A stretch of 64,000 bases of DNA from Lama guanicoe (GCA_013239625.1 MU054323.1:3894161-3958160); one strand, 5' to 3'; counted from the first letter of the stretch, positions 1 through 12,600 are shown. The notes: a model not told the origin generated them from the sequence alone. Numbers and translations are program-made.

Positions 1-2310
1 AAGTGTTTCTGTAGTTATTTGCTTTTTAATAAGTCAGATATCCCAACTCTATAGTTTGATTTTTATTCGAGGCCTCCTTATATTCCAGTGACGAGCAGGA
101 AACAGGCTGCTTGCTGGAATTAACAGCACAACCCGGAAATCTCCCTCCATCTCTTCCTGTCTCACCAGGAGACTTCTGCCCTGGTGATAGATAATTGAAG
201 TGGATTTGGCTAGCCAGCCTGTATCGTAATGATGATTCTATGTTTGTTCATCTGTCAGAAAAGTAAAAGGCAAAGCTGGTAATTTGCGTTAACTAAGCAC
301 TTTCATTATAAGAACTCAAGGGAAAGGGTGGGGAACAAAACGTTTTCTCGTACAGCTGTCCCGGATCCTGAGGATGATTTGTGTAGTTAAGGAGAAATTC
401 TAATAATGTGGAGCGTATGGAAAAGTTTAAGGCAAAGACGATGGGTCATTTTCTAAGTGTTCGAGTTGAGTGTCAAGAGCTGTGCAGCTTCCTTTCCCAA
501 CTCCCTGCTTTTCCTGGCCGAGCGGGTCTCCCACGGGCTGTGGGAGGGACCTCTGTGAAACCCCAGCTCGTGGAGGGCACCTGCCCAGCGAGCCACGACG
601 AGAGCATGGGAGTCACAGAGGGAACTTGAAATTCCCACTCTTCACCCAAGAAGGCGAGAAACAGCCTTGTTCTGAAGTGTGTTGGATACTTGAAGCTGCT
701 ACAGTCTCTTCTTCAACCTTGCATTCCTCACCTTAGATTCTGTCTGGCAGGTGCTCAGCACCCAATTCCAGGGAGCATTTTAAGGGTGACTCCTCTTAAG
801 ACAGCTCTTTCTGGGGTTGTTCTTGCCTATTGGGAAAGTAGGCTAATGGTCCCCACCAGACTCATCTGTCCGCAGCATCCTTTCTCCACCTGCTCATCCA
901 AGAGAACTTGAAACAGGAGACAGAGACTCTCTTACCCTGGAATTGAGGTTAAGGATGCTGATACCCCAGAATAGGGAGATAAGGGTCTAATCATCCTGTT
1001 GGGGAGAGTGGCCTGCATTCCTTGAGAACAGACATTTCTACAGGAATGGGAAGCATGAGGGCCCTGAGAGGCTGGAATCATAGGACAGAATCACTCAGAA
1101 GAGTGAGAGAAATGATAAAGAGAAGTTTGAGATCCTCGGGTAGACTAGGCTTCCTGACTTGCTTTGCCCCAGGAAAAAGCAGGGGGAGAAAGAGCTCAAT
1201 CCTGTGGGGCATTTTGAGGTGAGACTGTTTTCTGCCCCTTGGGACAAGGATCTCTCTAGGTCTGACTATTCTTAACTAATAAAGGTGACAGTTAATTCTT
1301 CAACTTGAAACAGAGATTCTCTCTTTGTAAAAAGGCTCAGAGGTGAGCTTTTTTAAGGAGCAAATTTCAAAAAGGATTTGAGTCACATGCACAGAAAATG
1401 ATTTACCTTCACACCTCCAAGACCACATCTATTATGCAAAGCAAAATTCTAATGGGATCTCAGGAGTAATCAAACAAAAACAAATCTTTTTTTCCTTGTT
1501 AGAGAGTAAGGTGTGTCTGTATATAAAACATTTTTGCTACTTCTGAATGGTGTTACATTTGACTCAGATGCAGGGACCCAGGAAGGAAGAGAGTGAGAGG
1601 AATGTAAACTGATTGGTCTTCAGTATGAGGGTACCCATGTGGCCTTGAGTTTTGGCTGGTCCACTATGGCTAAAGATAGAACACAGAGTGATGTGCTGCA
1701 ATCAAACTTAAAGGAAAATGTTATCCTTTGAGACCAACCCGGGCACCATTACGGTCGCTGCTGATCACAGCTGTAGGTGATGGACCCCTGATGCCATAAA
1801 ATTTCCTGGGCTAATTAGGAACATCTTCCCGGTATGGCCATGTCTCTCAGGCATTTGGAGATGAGGGCAAAGCTGAAAGTCTCTCTATTTATTGGATTCA
1901 AATCTTTCTGAAGAGGTTGTACGTGAAGAGTTAAAGGCAAGGTTGACAAAATAAACGAGGGTCAAAATGTTTGCCAGTGAGTTTTTGTTAAAAAAGATGG
2001 CTTATTCTCTGAGAGCCTTTGTTGACCTTCATGAGTGAGGGGGTGGAAATATCCCCAGGAAATCTCAAGAACCTCAGAAGAAGCTGTTGACAAGCTTCCA
2101 GTGACCTGAGTTTTAGCTTGTGCCCTGGAGGCAGAGAGTAACAGATGGACTTTGACAAACCTCAAGCAGATGAGTATAGTCTTCAAAAAGTAGTTTTGTT
2201 TCTTTTTACTTTTTCACTGGCAGCCTTACAAGCCCACGCTGTAGTGTTTCAGGGCGCTATGGTGGGGTCCTGGTCTGATGGCAGTTTTTAAGAAAGTATA
2301 AAGAGCAATT

Positions 2311-2465
2311 AACTGGAGTCAGGAGCCCTGGGTGTCTAGACAAGTCACCAAACCTCTCCATGGTTTTCTCATTTGTAAACAGGGATAAAAAAAAAGCACA
2401 TCTATATCTCTGTGCTGTTGTGAAAACTGGATGGGACACTGAAGAATGTGCAACACGTTGTAAAC
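2311..2465 (+). mobile_element. MIR SINE fragment
   Basis: ggagtcagga...caagtcaccaaacctctc...ttttctcatttgtaaacagggataa...gctgttgtga follows the MIR core order. Confidence 0.75.
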
Positions 2466-3829
2466 AAATCAGAGACTGCGATGTCTCAGCTGCAGGGGCT
2501 CAGGAAGCTGTCACACAGAGACGGCAGGTTGGTGAGGGCTGCAGCAGCACAGGGCCAGGTCTGGGGGAGCAAAGGCGAGTGGAGGAGCAGTTGTGTTAAC
2601 TCCAGAGGGCAGAGACCGTTTCTGTGACTGCACAGACATAGCTGTCTTTACGTGGAGGTCCACTCCATCTAGTCCAGCCTTAGAGGCTTCTGGTCAAATA
2701 GGAAGAAAGAAGAGCAGCTATGGATACAAACCCAGCATATTAATCTCAGAGTCCCCTGAGCATGTGACCAGAGGCAACACCTCCTCCCAAATGGGTAAGG
2801 CCCTGCCACATTGAGCCAGGAGTCAGCTGAAGCCTCCACATCCCTGAAGTCCTTGCTGCCTAGTTCATCCTATGGTGCTGAGGCAGAGGATGCTGGAAAA
2901 TGCACAATGAGAACAGCAGGGTGGGCTCCACCAAACAAAGCACAAATAGAAGTAGTCCAGAAAGATGGGGCAAGTTTTGAAGGTGACTTGTATTTTCATT
3001 GGAAATTCACCTGAAATGAAATTGTGAAAGCTACTGAATCCTCTGCCGTCTGAGCACAGAACCCTGAGGAACACTAAACTTCAGTGTTAAACTGGCTGAG
3101 CCATGACTCAGGATCATAACCACCAACCTCTTGTGGACCATCTGAGCAGAGGTGTAGCCCCTGAAACCCAAGTCTGGGTTGACTTCAGGGCCATTCATAT
3201 TTTTCAGATCCCTGAAATCATGGGACTGGGTATCCAGTTAAAGAGGTGTTCAACATCAACCCTCTCCTTCCCTGCCACCACCCACAGAAGAATCCGGAAC
3301 TGTGGTCCAGTTAGCTCCCCAACAGAGGTCAGAGCCAGAGCTCTCCAAGGTGCTGATGGTCCAGGCCAACTTCCCCAGAGGGTATATTACACAGCAAATG
3401 TGCCTTGAAGCCCACCCAGGTCACCTGGGGCATCTTTCTTTGCCTCTATTCTTGTAACCAGGAGGACTCTCTGGTAGAGTTGAATGAAAGAAGTTACTGG
3501 TTAGGCTATCCAGATTAGTGTGGGAAATTGACCAAAGGCTCCAAGCAGATCTGAGAGTGTAAGAAGGATGTATTTCCAAGTTGCTGGGAGGAGCCACTCT
3601 TGAGCCAGATATGTTCACACTAGTATATTCTCATCACCTCTGAGAAGTATAAAAATGCTGCTTTTCAGCAAGAGTGTAAACATGAAGTGGGCAGCTTGGG
3701 GCATCCTCGTGATAGATTGTGGATGTGAACACTGAAACCAGTTGTTTGAGTAGTTAGGCCAGAGATGAGTGCTGAATTAGGACAGTAACTTTATCACTGG
3801 GAAAGTCCTAATAGGCAACACCAGCAGGA

Positions 3830-4250
3830 GTTAGTGACTATGGGATGGAGGCAGGGAGGTGCCGAGAGGAGTTGTCCTTGACGCTCATGTCAGTGGCTTG
3901 GGAAACTGGATAGATGGTAATGCTATTCGCCAGGAGGAGTAGCAGGGATTTTTTGGGGGGTGGGTGGGGAATGATTAGTTCAGTTTATATATGTTGAGTG
4001 TGAGGTACCAGTGGTACTTTCAGGTGGGTTTTCTAGTAGGAATTGGGAACAGTTTTGGAGCTCAGTAGAGAGGTTAGAGGCAAGTGATAGAGATTTGGGA
4101 ATCATTCAAGAAGAGGACATGGTTGAAGGAATGAGAGATGGCAGATGAGATCGACTAGGGAAAATGTGTAGAGTGAGAAGGGAGGAAGGCAGAGAACAGA
4201 CCTTGGAGGAATGTCTACATGTTCTGGGTTTGCTGAGGCAGAGGTGCTGA
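3830..4250 (-). mobile_element. L2 LINE fragment
   Basis: ggcttgggaaactggatagatggtaatgctattc...gttcagtttatatatgttgagtgtgaggtacc...ggagctcagtagagagg...agatttgggaatcat...gatgagatc...gtgtagagtgagaag is the typical antisense L2 signature. Confidence 0.9.
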
Positions 4251-4384
4251 TAAACAAGTCTGCCACAGAGCTCTCATCATCTGCTCATGGACCACTTCAT
4301 CACCAGTCTGACATCATCCCAATCAATTCTCTTTCACTTTCCTCTGATGTATAGCTATAGATACAGATTTAGATGTAGAGGTAG

Positions 4385-4764
4385 ATATATGGAGAGATTT
4401 ATTTTAAGGAATTGGCTTGTGTGATTATGGAGGTTGGCAAGTCCAAAACCTGCAGGCTTGGCCAACAGGTTCGAGACCTGGGGAGTAGTCAGTGTTGCAG
4501 ACTGAAGGCAGCTGCCCTGAAGGCAGTCTGGAAGCAAAATTTCTTTCTTGGGGGACGTCAATCTTTTTTTCTCTTAAGGCCTTCCACTGATTGAACAAGG
4601 CCCACGCACATTATAGAGAGAGCAGTCCGCTTTACTCAGTGTCTACTGATTTTATTGTTAATGTCATCTAAAAAAATACCTTCACAGCGACATCTAGCCT
4701 AGGCTTTGACTAAATATCTGGGTACTGTGGTCTAGCCAAGTAGATACTTAAAATTAATCATGAC
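4385..4764 (-). mobile_element. MLT2 (ERVL) solo LTR, MLT2D/C-like
   Basis: gagatttattttaaggaattggctt...ggcaagtccaaaacctgcagg...ggcccacgcacattat...ctttactca...ctagccaagtagatacttaaaattaatcat matches antisense MLT2. Confidence 0.85.
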
Positions 4765-5904
4765 TAGACGGAGCACCCACTGGGAGTCTCACATCCAGGT
4801 TCAGATGAGAGTAAATAAACAATAAAGCTTAACCTGTCTTTTCCTAGTTGCTTTAATGGCCCAGATGCCACCTCCTTCTCGCCCTGCTCGCTACACACAC
4901 ACTCAGGGTACAGAGGTCAGGGGTTGCTGATGCCCTCTCAGGAATTCGTCCACGTTTATATGCGAATCCATTTGCTCATTCCAACCTGATCTTTCCAGAT
5001 TCTCCAACTGAATTCTCACTTCAGGCCTCTTTTGCTCTGACATCTCTTTTTGGACCCTCTTCTTTGTTCTCTACTTGGAGATTCTCCCTCTTATTTGATT
5101 CTGGTATTTGATATATTGCACCTTCCAGCAGGTAATGGAAGCTTCAGCTCCCACTCTGTTCTATCCAGCCTCACAGGTATAGGAAGGTTATAAGACAAAG
5201 AAAACTTCTCATTTCCATTCCAAAGTTGGAAAATGTGAGAGAGAAAGGGGTTAAATTACTTGCCCAAAAAATCTTTCAGAGAAAGTTTAGGGCTGCCAAC
5301 AATGGGGTTTTCTGCATAGCCACACCATTCCCCATCTGTGTCAGAATCCTCGGTGCATTTTTCAAGCTTAGTGTCCAAGACATCTCCAGCTTAATAAGAA
5401 TAAGGTGCCCTGGGCTGGTTCCCAGCCAGGGCGGGAGTGAGCAGATACACATTCCTTTGAAGCCAGTTTCAGATTCTGGAATGCTTTCCTGGAAACCACA
5501 CATCTCAGGAGAGATCCATCACCTCCTGATGCTGCCTTAGGTCTAGGTCAGGTTGGGGGCCCTGGTCCTCTGAATAAGACAGTGTCTGCCCTGGTTAGCA
5601 GCTTCCTGTGTGGTGGCTGCAGGATTTACTCAGACCTAGCCTGGGCAGATCTGGCTGGCATTCACAATGAACCCCCACCTCATCTTTCTCTCCATCCTCC
5701 TCTCTCCTGATCCCCAAACATCCTCTGAAGATTTAGTCCTTGAATATCCAGACAGAAGGCCTGGGGCCGGAGGCACAAGCAGAGATACTCTTCTCTGGGT
5801 ATAGACCTGGAAACAGTTCCCTGTTCTGGGCCTGGGGGTAGGGGTGGGCTGTCCCATTGTGTCTTGACATGGAGATGTCTTAGAAAGACAGCTGTGGAGG
5901 CAGT

Positions 5905-6300
5905 CAGTGAGCACTGGGCAAGGAGTCAGGGCCTTGAGACCATGTCCTGATTCTGCTGTTCCCTTCCAGGTGACCTCAGGCAAGTCACAAAGTCAAAGAG
6001 TGGTAATGGCAGATGTGCCCTCAGAAGTCATCTTTCTGTTTACTTTCACTTTAGAGATGGGGAGGTGCTGAGAAGTCACAGCAATGGCTTAAGGTCCCAG
6101 ACTCAGGTGGTGTCAGAACCAGAACTAGAAATAAAATGTCCTGACCAATATACTTCCTATGCTTGCCTCTGTCCCTCCTCAATTTCCCTGGACCACAGAT
6201 TTTTCTCACCTGTCAAATGGGAGCCAATGATGTCTGCCTCTCAGGACCATCGTAAATATCAAATGCAGTCATGGAAACAAAATGGTTCTGAAAATGTGAA
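5905..6300. mobile_element. MIR cluster: + strand MIR (about 5905-5990 and 6185-6300) split by an antisense MIR (about 6030-6150)
   Basis: ggagtcagg...gtgacctcaggcaagtcac, then cactttagagatgggg...aaggtcccag...gaactagaa (antisense), then tttctcacctgtcaaatggg. Confidence 0.55.
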
Positions 6301-6650
6301 ACTGGGGTTATCAGGAGACTCTTGGATCCCAGGAGTGGCACAGGTTACATTCCCATATCTGATACAGCTCAAGGATGTAGGGATGAATTTCAGGATGGGG
6401 AATGCCAGGAATGGTGCCGGCTAGTGCTCATGACTATGTCTGTAACTGTTAAGATCTTGAAACGTGTGCGGCCCCAGTCTCCCTGAGTGCCCTTCTGCCA
6501 CTTTGGTCCCTCCCCCAGTAATTGCTGGACTTCCTCACACTCCAGGAATTAAAGGGTAAACGTCTGGCACAGCAGGAGGTCTCTAAGGGCCCTGCTCCAG
6601 CCGTACTGCCAGTCAGCGTCCATTCTGCTTGGTCAGTATTCATACTCTAC

Positions 6651-7198
6651 CATATATTTTGGTTAACTATCGATATGCAACAAACCACTCTGAAATTTAG
6701 TGGCTTAGAACAACAATTTATTATTATCTCTCGAAGTCTGTGGGTTGACCAGGCTCAGCTGGATGGTTTCCCCCTTGGAATCTCTCATGTGATTGCAGTC
6801 AGACAGTGGCTGGGGCTGACGTTGTCTAAAGTCTCAGCTAGCCCGCACATCCGACACAGCTCATTTCTGTGGCGGGCAGCCGATGTGGCCATCAGCTGGG
6901 AGCTCAGCAGGGCTGTTGATCCTACCAGAGCACCTACATTTGGCCTCTCCAAGTGGCTTGGGCTTCTCACAGCAGGGTGGCTGATTTCCCAGAGGGGGCA
7001 TCCCAAGGACCAGCATGCCAAAGGCAGGAAAGCCAAGCTGGACTGGTGCCATCACCACCACATTCTGCCTGTCAAAGCCGTGGAGAGCTCTCCTTGATTC
7101 AAGGCAGAGAGGGGAGTGTGCCAAGAGCACATTGCAGAAAAGCATGTGGGTGGCAAAAATTGTTACCTTCATCTTTGGAAAATGCAGTGTGTCCCAAT
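6651..7198 (-). mobile_element. MaLR solo LTR, MLT1H-like
   Basis: caacaaaccactctgaaatttagtggcttagaacaacaatttattattatctc...ggctcagctgg...cacattgcagaaaagcatgtggg...catctttggaaaat is antisense MLT1H-type; it hosts the 191-aa and 175-aa chance ORFs. Confidence 0.85.
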
Positions 7199-9141
7199 TA
7201 CTGTGGGAAAAGCTCACCTGGCCAGCCCTTGGTATGTCTGGTGTGCCCCTGCCCTTCCTGGTACAGCCCTTTCTTCTTCCCAGGAGACCTCCGTCAGCTC
7301 AAATGGGAGAATCCCCTCCCCTTTCTGGAGCTCGCTCTCCTCTGTTTTCACGTCTTCATCCAGAGAAAAGAGCTGACAGCCTCTCTTCACGCTCCTAGAA
7401 CGAAGGCCTCCACAGGACCAGATTTGCATCATCTACACCATGGTGCTTCATCTCCTGGCCAAACCAGAGGGCAACATTGACCTCAGGAGTGTGAGGAGGT
7501 CAGGGTGAAATGTCATCCCCTGGATCTGTGTTGGCGAGGAGTGGGTGTGACAGGGAGCACTGATGTCAGAGGTCTTTAGGGAAAGAGTTGTTCCTGCCAG
7601 AGACATGAGTTCTGAGATGATGGCTGAATACAGTAGTGTGTCAGGAACGGGCAATCTGAGAGGGTTTTGCCTTCCCGGAGCAGGTCAAAGCCCCATATCC
7701 TTGTCATCAGTCCTTACCCCTACATGCAGCCTCAGCTACCTGGGCTGAATGCTAGGTGGTGTGTGGACAGTCCCTCTTGCTGCTCAGAAAGGCTGTGTCC
7801 TCACTTTGTGTGAGCAGGGGCAGGGCTTGGTGTCACTGCGAACCATCATTTTTCTATGCAAGGCGCTCCTCTTGCCTCTTTTCTCTCTCCCACTGTGAAG
7901 TGTGGGTGCATCTGCAATCCAGGTCTCTGCCATGGGCTTCCTAGCAGTTTTCCCCATTGAACCCTTGCCAAGCTGTCTTAGGGAGAAGAATTCGTACAAC
8001 CTTCCATTCCACCGAAGAAAAAGCAAGTGGCTCTTGGTCTCTCTCCCATCCAACCAACCCCCAGAATGCTTTTTAGCTGAGGGAAAATCTGTTATTCATA
8101 AAGAAAAACAAAGGATGATAAATTATAGGACCTTGTAAAATATATTAACATGAATCCACACTTTCTTCTGGATAATTGAATTTAGAGTGACATCGGCCAG
8201 ACTCTGCAGCTTACGCAGGAATGCCAGCCTCCCTCGGTTGTTTTTCATTCTTTTGGTGTGATCCCACAAAGGCCTGGCTATGTCCGAGGCCCCCAGTGTC
8301 TCCCGGCCAGCATGTGTTGTAATCTTGTCCACAATTTCATTACCCTCTGAATTAGGAGCTTCATTAAAATGATATGTCTCTCTCGATGTTGTAAATGACA
8401 AGTGACCTTCTAACCAAATGTGGCCTCATTAGACGACAGGAAAGAATTAAATGTCAGGATGCAGGATGGTAAGGTTTTTGATATTTATGAAGGTCAAATG
8501 AAGGGTGAGTAATATAACAGAATATTCCACTTAAAGTCAGACCAGTGTTCCTGGGAACCGCTGCCTCCACTGCTCTTGGGTGCTGGAAGAAATGGGTTTT
8601 CTGTAGACTTTGCTTATGTTGCAAGGTTGTGGGCTGTCCATGGTTTGCATGAAGCCACAGTCATATTTTAATTATAATTGGAAGACTGGTTGGAAAAAAA
8701 CTGGAAAATGTCCAGAAATAACTTGTTTCTGCCAACTGTCTTAATCTTCCACTACAACCAATTATTCATTGGTTAATTGGTGTTTTGCCAAAGAAGAGAC
8801 AAAGGAGACAGGCAGCTTTGCTCATCTGAGAATCCCTGCGATTTGGCTCTGCTGACCTTGTTTTCACAGACCTTGTCTTTATCTCTTCAAGTAAATAGAA
8901 GTCTGGTTTCAAAAGCTATGCCCAGTGCAGTTCACTGGCTTGGGGCTACTCAGTGAAATGAGGAAGGGGCTTTGGGTCTGTAGGGAGTTGGCATTCTGAC
9001 TTGTGTGAACCCCAAATCTGGAGGCTATTGGAGCAGGAGAGAGTTGGGGATGAAGGATGCTAAGAAAGATTCACTGGGGTGGTCCATTCCAGGTCTAAGA
9101 AGTTTGTCCCCTTAGGTTCCGAGCACCATGGGGACTCAGAG

Positions 9142-9628
9142 GAGGGCTACCATATAGGACTGTGTAGGTTTTGCACAAGGGGATCCAGTCAAAGGGATCA
9201 AAAGAGCATTGGATGAGCTTTAGTCAATGTCCCATTTACCAAGCCCTGGTGCTGGGCTGCATTCACCTGGAGCAGGGTTTGGGAAACAATAGCCCGTGAG
9301 TCACATCACGTCCACTGCCAGTTTGTATAAATAAGAACACTTTGAAACACAGCCCTGCCCACTTGTTGATGGGTTGTCTATGGCTGCTTTTGTGTGACAA
9401 TGGCAGACTTGAGGAGTTGTGACAGAGACCTTTTGGCCCTCAAAGACTAAAATATTTACTTTCTGGCCCTCGATAAAAAAAGTTTGCAGACCACTGATCT
9501 GAAGGTAGGGGCACCTTTTTCTAATTTGCAAAGGCTCTGTCTGCCTGCCAAGCCAGAATTGCATCTGAAAGATGGGGGCCGGCTTTTTCCAATTTGCACA
9601 AAGGTGCCTTGTGAGCCAGCAGGCCCTA
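9142..9628 (+). mobile_element. MER91A-like hAT MITE, interrupted by MER58A
   Basis: agggctaccatatag...gtgtaggttttgcacaaggg at the left end; ggggcacctttttctaatttgca and ccaatttgcacaaaggtgcc...gccagcaggccct at the right end. Confidence 0.7.
9273..9496 (+). mobile_element. MER58A (hAT-Charlie MITE), full length
   Basis: cagggtttgggaaac...aataa...gaaacacagcc...ttgtctatggctgcttt...gacagagacc...aaaatatttactttctggccct...aaaagtttgcagaccactg; diverged 8-bp TSD acctggag / atctgaag. Confidence 0.92.
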
Positions 9629-12600
9629 AGGAGGAGATCCCAGTCCTGCCTCTGAGGGTGGGAGCCCTGCCCCAGTCCACTGCAGGCTCTGGTGACGGGG
9701 AGCTGGCTGCACGCACCAGAAGAGCCTCAGGCTTGATGCGCATAGAGGCTGTGCAGGGAGCGAGGGGATGGTTGTAGCAGCTCCCAGAGGTAAAACAAAT
9801 GCTTCCCTTGTTCCTTTTCCAAATGACCATAGAAGAGAAGGTTTGTTTTGGGGTCTTTGTCGCTGGCCACTCCGTAAAGAAACGCACACTGTCTCATAAG
9901 TTATCATCAGTCACTTGTTTACACAGCGGGGCTGATTGACACGGTTTATTTTTCTGCGGTTTTTCTTCTAATCTAAAGTGAAACATGAACTAGAGAATTC
10001 ATGGAGTTCCCTTCACCTTTTGCAGCCCCAAACCTGCAAGGAAGGTGACTGTTTTCACTTGTGTGAATGTTATGTGCCCCATCTGGATCTGGTCTCAAGC
10101 ACGTGAAAGACCCAGTTGGCTAAGCCTGAGAACCAACAGGAGCCCTCGCCCTCCCCAGGGAATCGATGGGCAAAACAAGACCAGTGATTTCTAGAACATC
10201 AGTCTGGACGGGAACTCGGAGTTGTTGTCTTTTTGACAGCTCTGGAGTCTCTCCATTGAACTCATGAGGCTCAGCCCCAGTGAGGTGCAGTGACTTCCCC
10301 AAGGCCTCACAGGATAAGAAGGTACCTCGTCTGGCAGAATTTGAAGTCCAGGCAGGAGACCCTTGTGGTAGAAAGGAGTGCCCATGGTGGTTCAGACTGC
10401 AGGACCCTGGTGGGAATAACTGTTAATTTCAGCACGCTCAGCACGAGGTCACTTAAAAAACTCTTCTCATTCAGGACCTCATTTACTTCTCCCCACTTCT
10501 TCTATGAGGCTAACACTTCCCTCCACGTTCCATTAGTTGTCATACATAGTTTAGAGATAATCTCAAAAAAAAAAATCTAGTGAGAAGGGATAGAATGAGA
10601 AAGCTAATGGCCTGCACATGTTAAACAGATGATAGCATGCATGCCTGTTACTTTTTTTTTTTTTGATAAAAGCAAGCAAAAAACCCACCTCTGATCTTGT
10701 TACCTGTGCAACAACCTATTTTCAAAAAGTTGACTACATGAAATCAGATCAGGGATGGCCTGGCTACAGAAAAGGTCATGAGGACAGATCTGGGGGCCCG
10801 AGGTGGGGCGAACCTGAATCAGGGGTGAGGAGGCTGCCATAGATGACAGTGCCACAGGAGGCTGCCTTGCATGGGACACGGAGTCCAGAGCTGCCGGTTG
10901 CCTCTCCCTGGAGGAGAGAGACAATAAGATGAGGAGGATCCTGAGCCCCACAAAGCATGAGTGGGTTACTTCCAGGGGTGGCAGCCACTCTTGGCAGACC
11001 CCAGGGAGACACTTTCCCCACTTCCCTTCCTCCTGGCCTTGTGCTACCAGCCTGTTGCCCACACCCTCTTGAAGGTTGTGGGAGCCTTAGAATTTGGCTT
11101 GGACGTGTCATGCAGGATGTACACAATCCGAAGATCTATGTGGAGCCCAGTTTCCCTCAGGACTTCATGTCGTGTTGCCCACTGTCCCTCATCTGTGCTC
11201 GCACATCCCTACACATCTATACATGGTATGACTCCCAGACACTGTATTGGTTACAGAATCTTTTGTGGGAGGGAGGCCTGGCCCTGTTTCAGTTAACATC
11301 ATCATAAATAGAATGTATCAAGTAGCTTTACTCAGCAAGTGAATAAATTCCCTCAAAGGAAGCTGGGGGAGTAGGAATGCTCTTAAGACCCACTGGGCTA
11401 GATGTGCTTGTGTGGGTGTGGGTGTGTGGGTGTGCAGGCATGTGACCGCCTCATGAGAATTTGCTAGCCCTCTCTGCCTTCACTGAGGGGACCTGCATGC
11501 AGCAAGCAGCATGAGGCATTTCGACTGAATGAGGCAGGCTGTGAGGCCTCAGAGAGGGTGGGAACATTGGGACATTCTGCATAAGCCATCTCTTACTCTC
11601 TGAGTTCCTTGCTTTGGTAAAGGCTCCCATTTATAAGGGAGGTTTGACTGGACTTCTGTCCTGCTCAGTGGCAGGGGAAGAATCTTAATGGTCTGTAAAA
11701 GTCTGTCCTGCTCAGCAGTCTATGATTCAGAGCCATGCGGTAGAGAACCACCGAAATCCCTTACATTCAAGCTGTCTATGAAATCCACAGTCAGCTGTAG
11801 AGCTCCAAGCAGAAGCAATACTGGAAGGAGGCTTTGTCTTTGCAAGGCTTGTGGTTGACCAGTCCTCTGGGTAGAGCTTCCCTGAGTACCTCTCCCTCCC
11901 CCTCGGAGTTGGCTGAATCATCTGACTTTGGTGGAGGCTACCTTAGTCAGGGCTCCAAAGCACCAGAGCTGCAGTTTCTGGAGTCCAAGAGACAGGACTG
12001 TAGTTCTGTTGCTTCCTCTAAGGCAAGAGCCCAGTCCTCGGATTATATCAGCTGGAAGGAGATGCCTCCCAGGATTTACTTCCCCAGAAGTCAGAGCCAA
12101 GCATTCCGAGGGGGCTGTCTTGTGCCGTGCTGGGAGGGCAGGTGTGAGCCCTGGTGCATGGCAGGAGAGATCAAAACAGACTCCAGTTCTTTGGAAGGGC
12201 CAGAGAGATTTCTTAAGCATGGGAGTTCTGCACTGTGGAGGTTAGCCTAGCGATGGAAAGCACAGGTGTTCACATGGACCCATATCTTTTTCTGTCAGAT
12301 AGTTTTATACAGTGAATTTGTCCATTCCTCCCTCTGCAAATATGCCACTAACAGGCAGTGTTCTCCATGTTCCCATTCTGTAAGCACTGCCTCTTCCACC
12401 CTGCCTCCCATCTTGGGCCTCTTCTTGAAGAAGTCTTCCCTGTTCACCCTGAGTCAGAGCCCTCACCCTCCAATAGTCTGGATAGTCTGGTTCTTGCTGG
12501 GAATGCCTGATAGGGGGATGGCCAGCATGGGAAATAGCCCAGCTTTGCTTCCAGGCTTTTCCTATACAAGATCTTCTCTCTCCTAAGGAACTCTATCTGT

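Noticed and set aside
5828-5848. Canonical G-quadruplex motifs (also 31995-32013) and a G11 run at 24810-24820
   Set aside because: Expected frequency for mammalian DNA, with no promoter or transcript context to suggest function
6522-7480. Long ORFs of 191 aa and 175 aa
   Set aside because: They lie largely in an MLT1H-like LTR, show no recognisable domain, and are likely chance open frames
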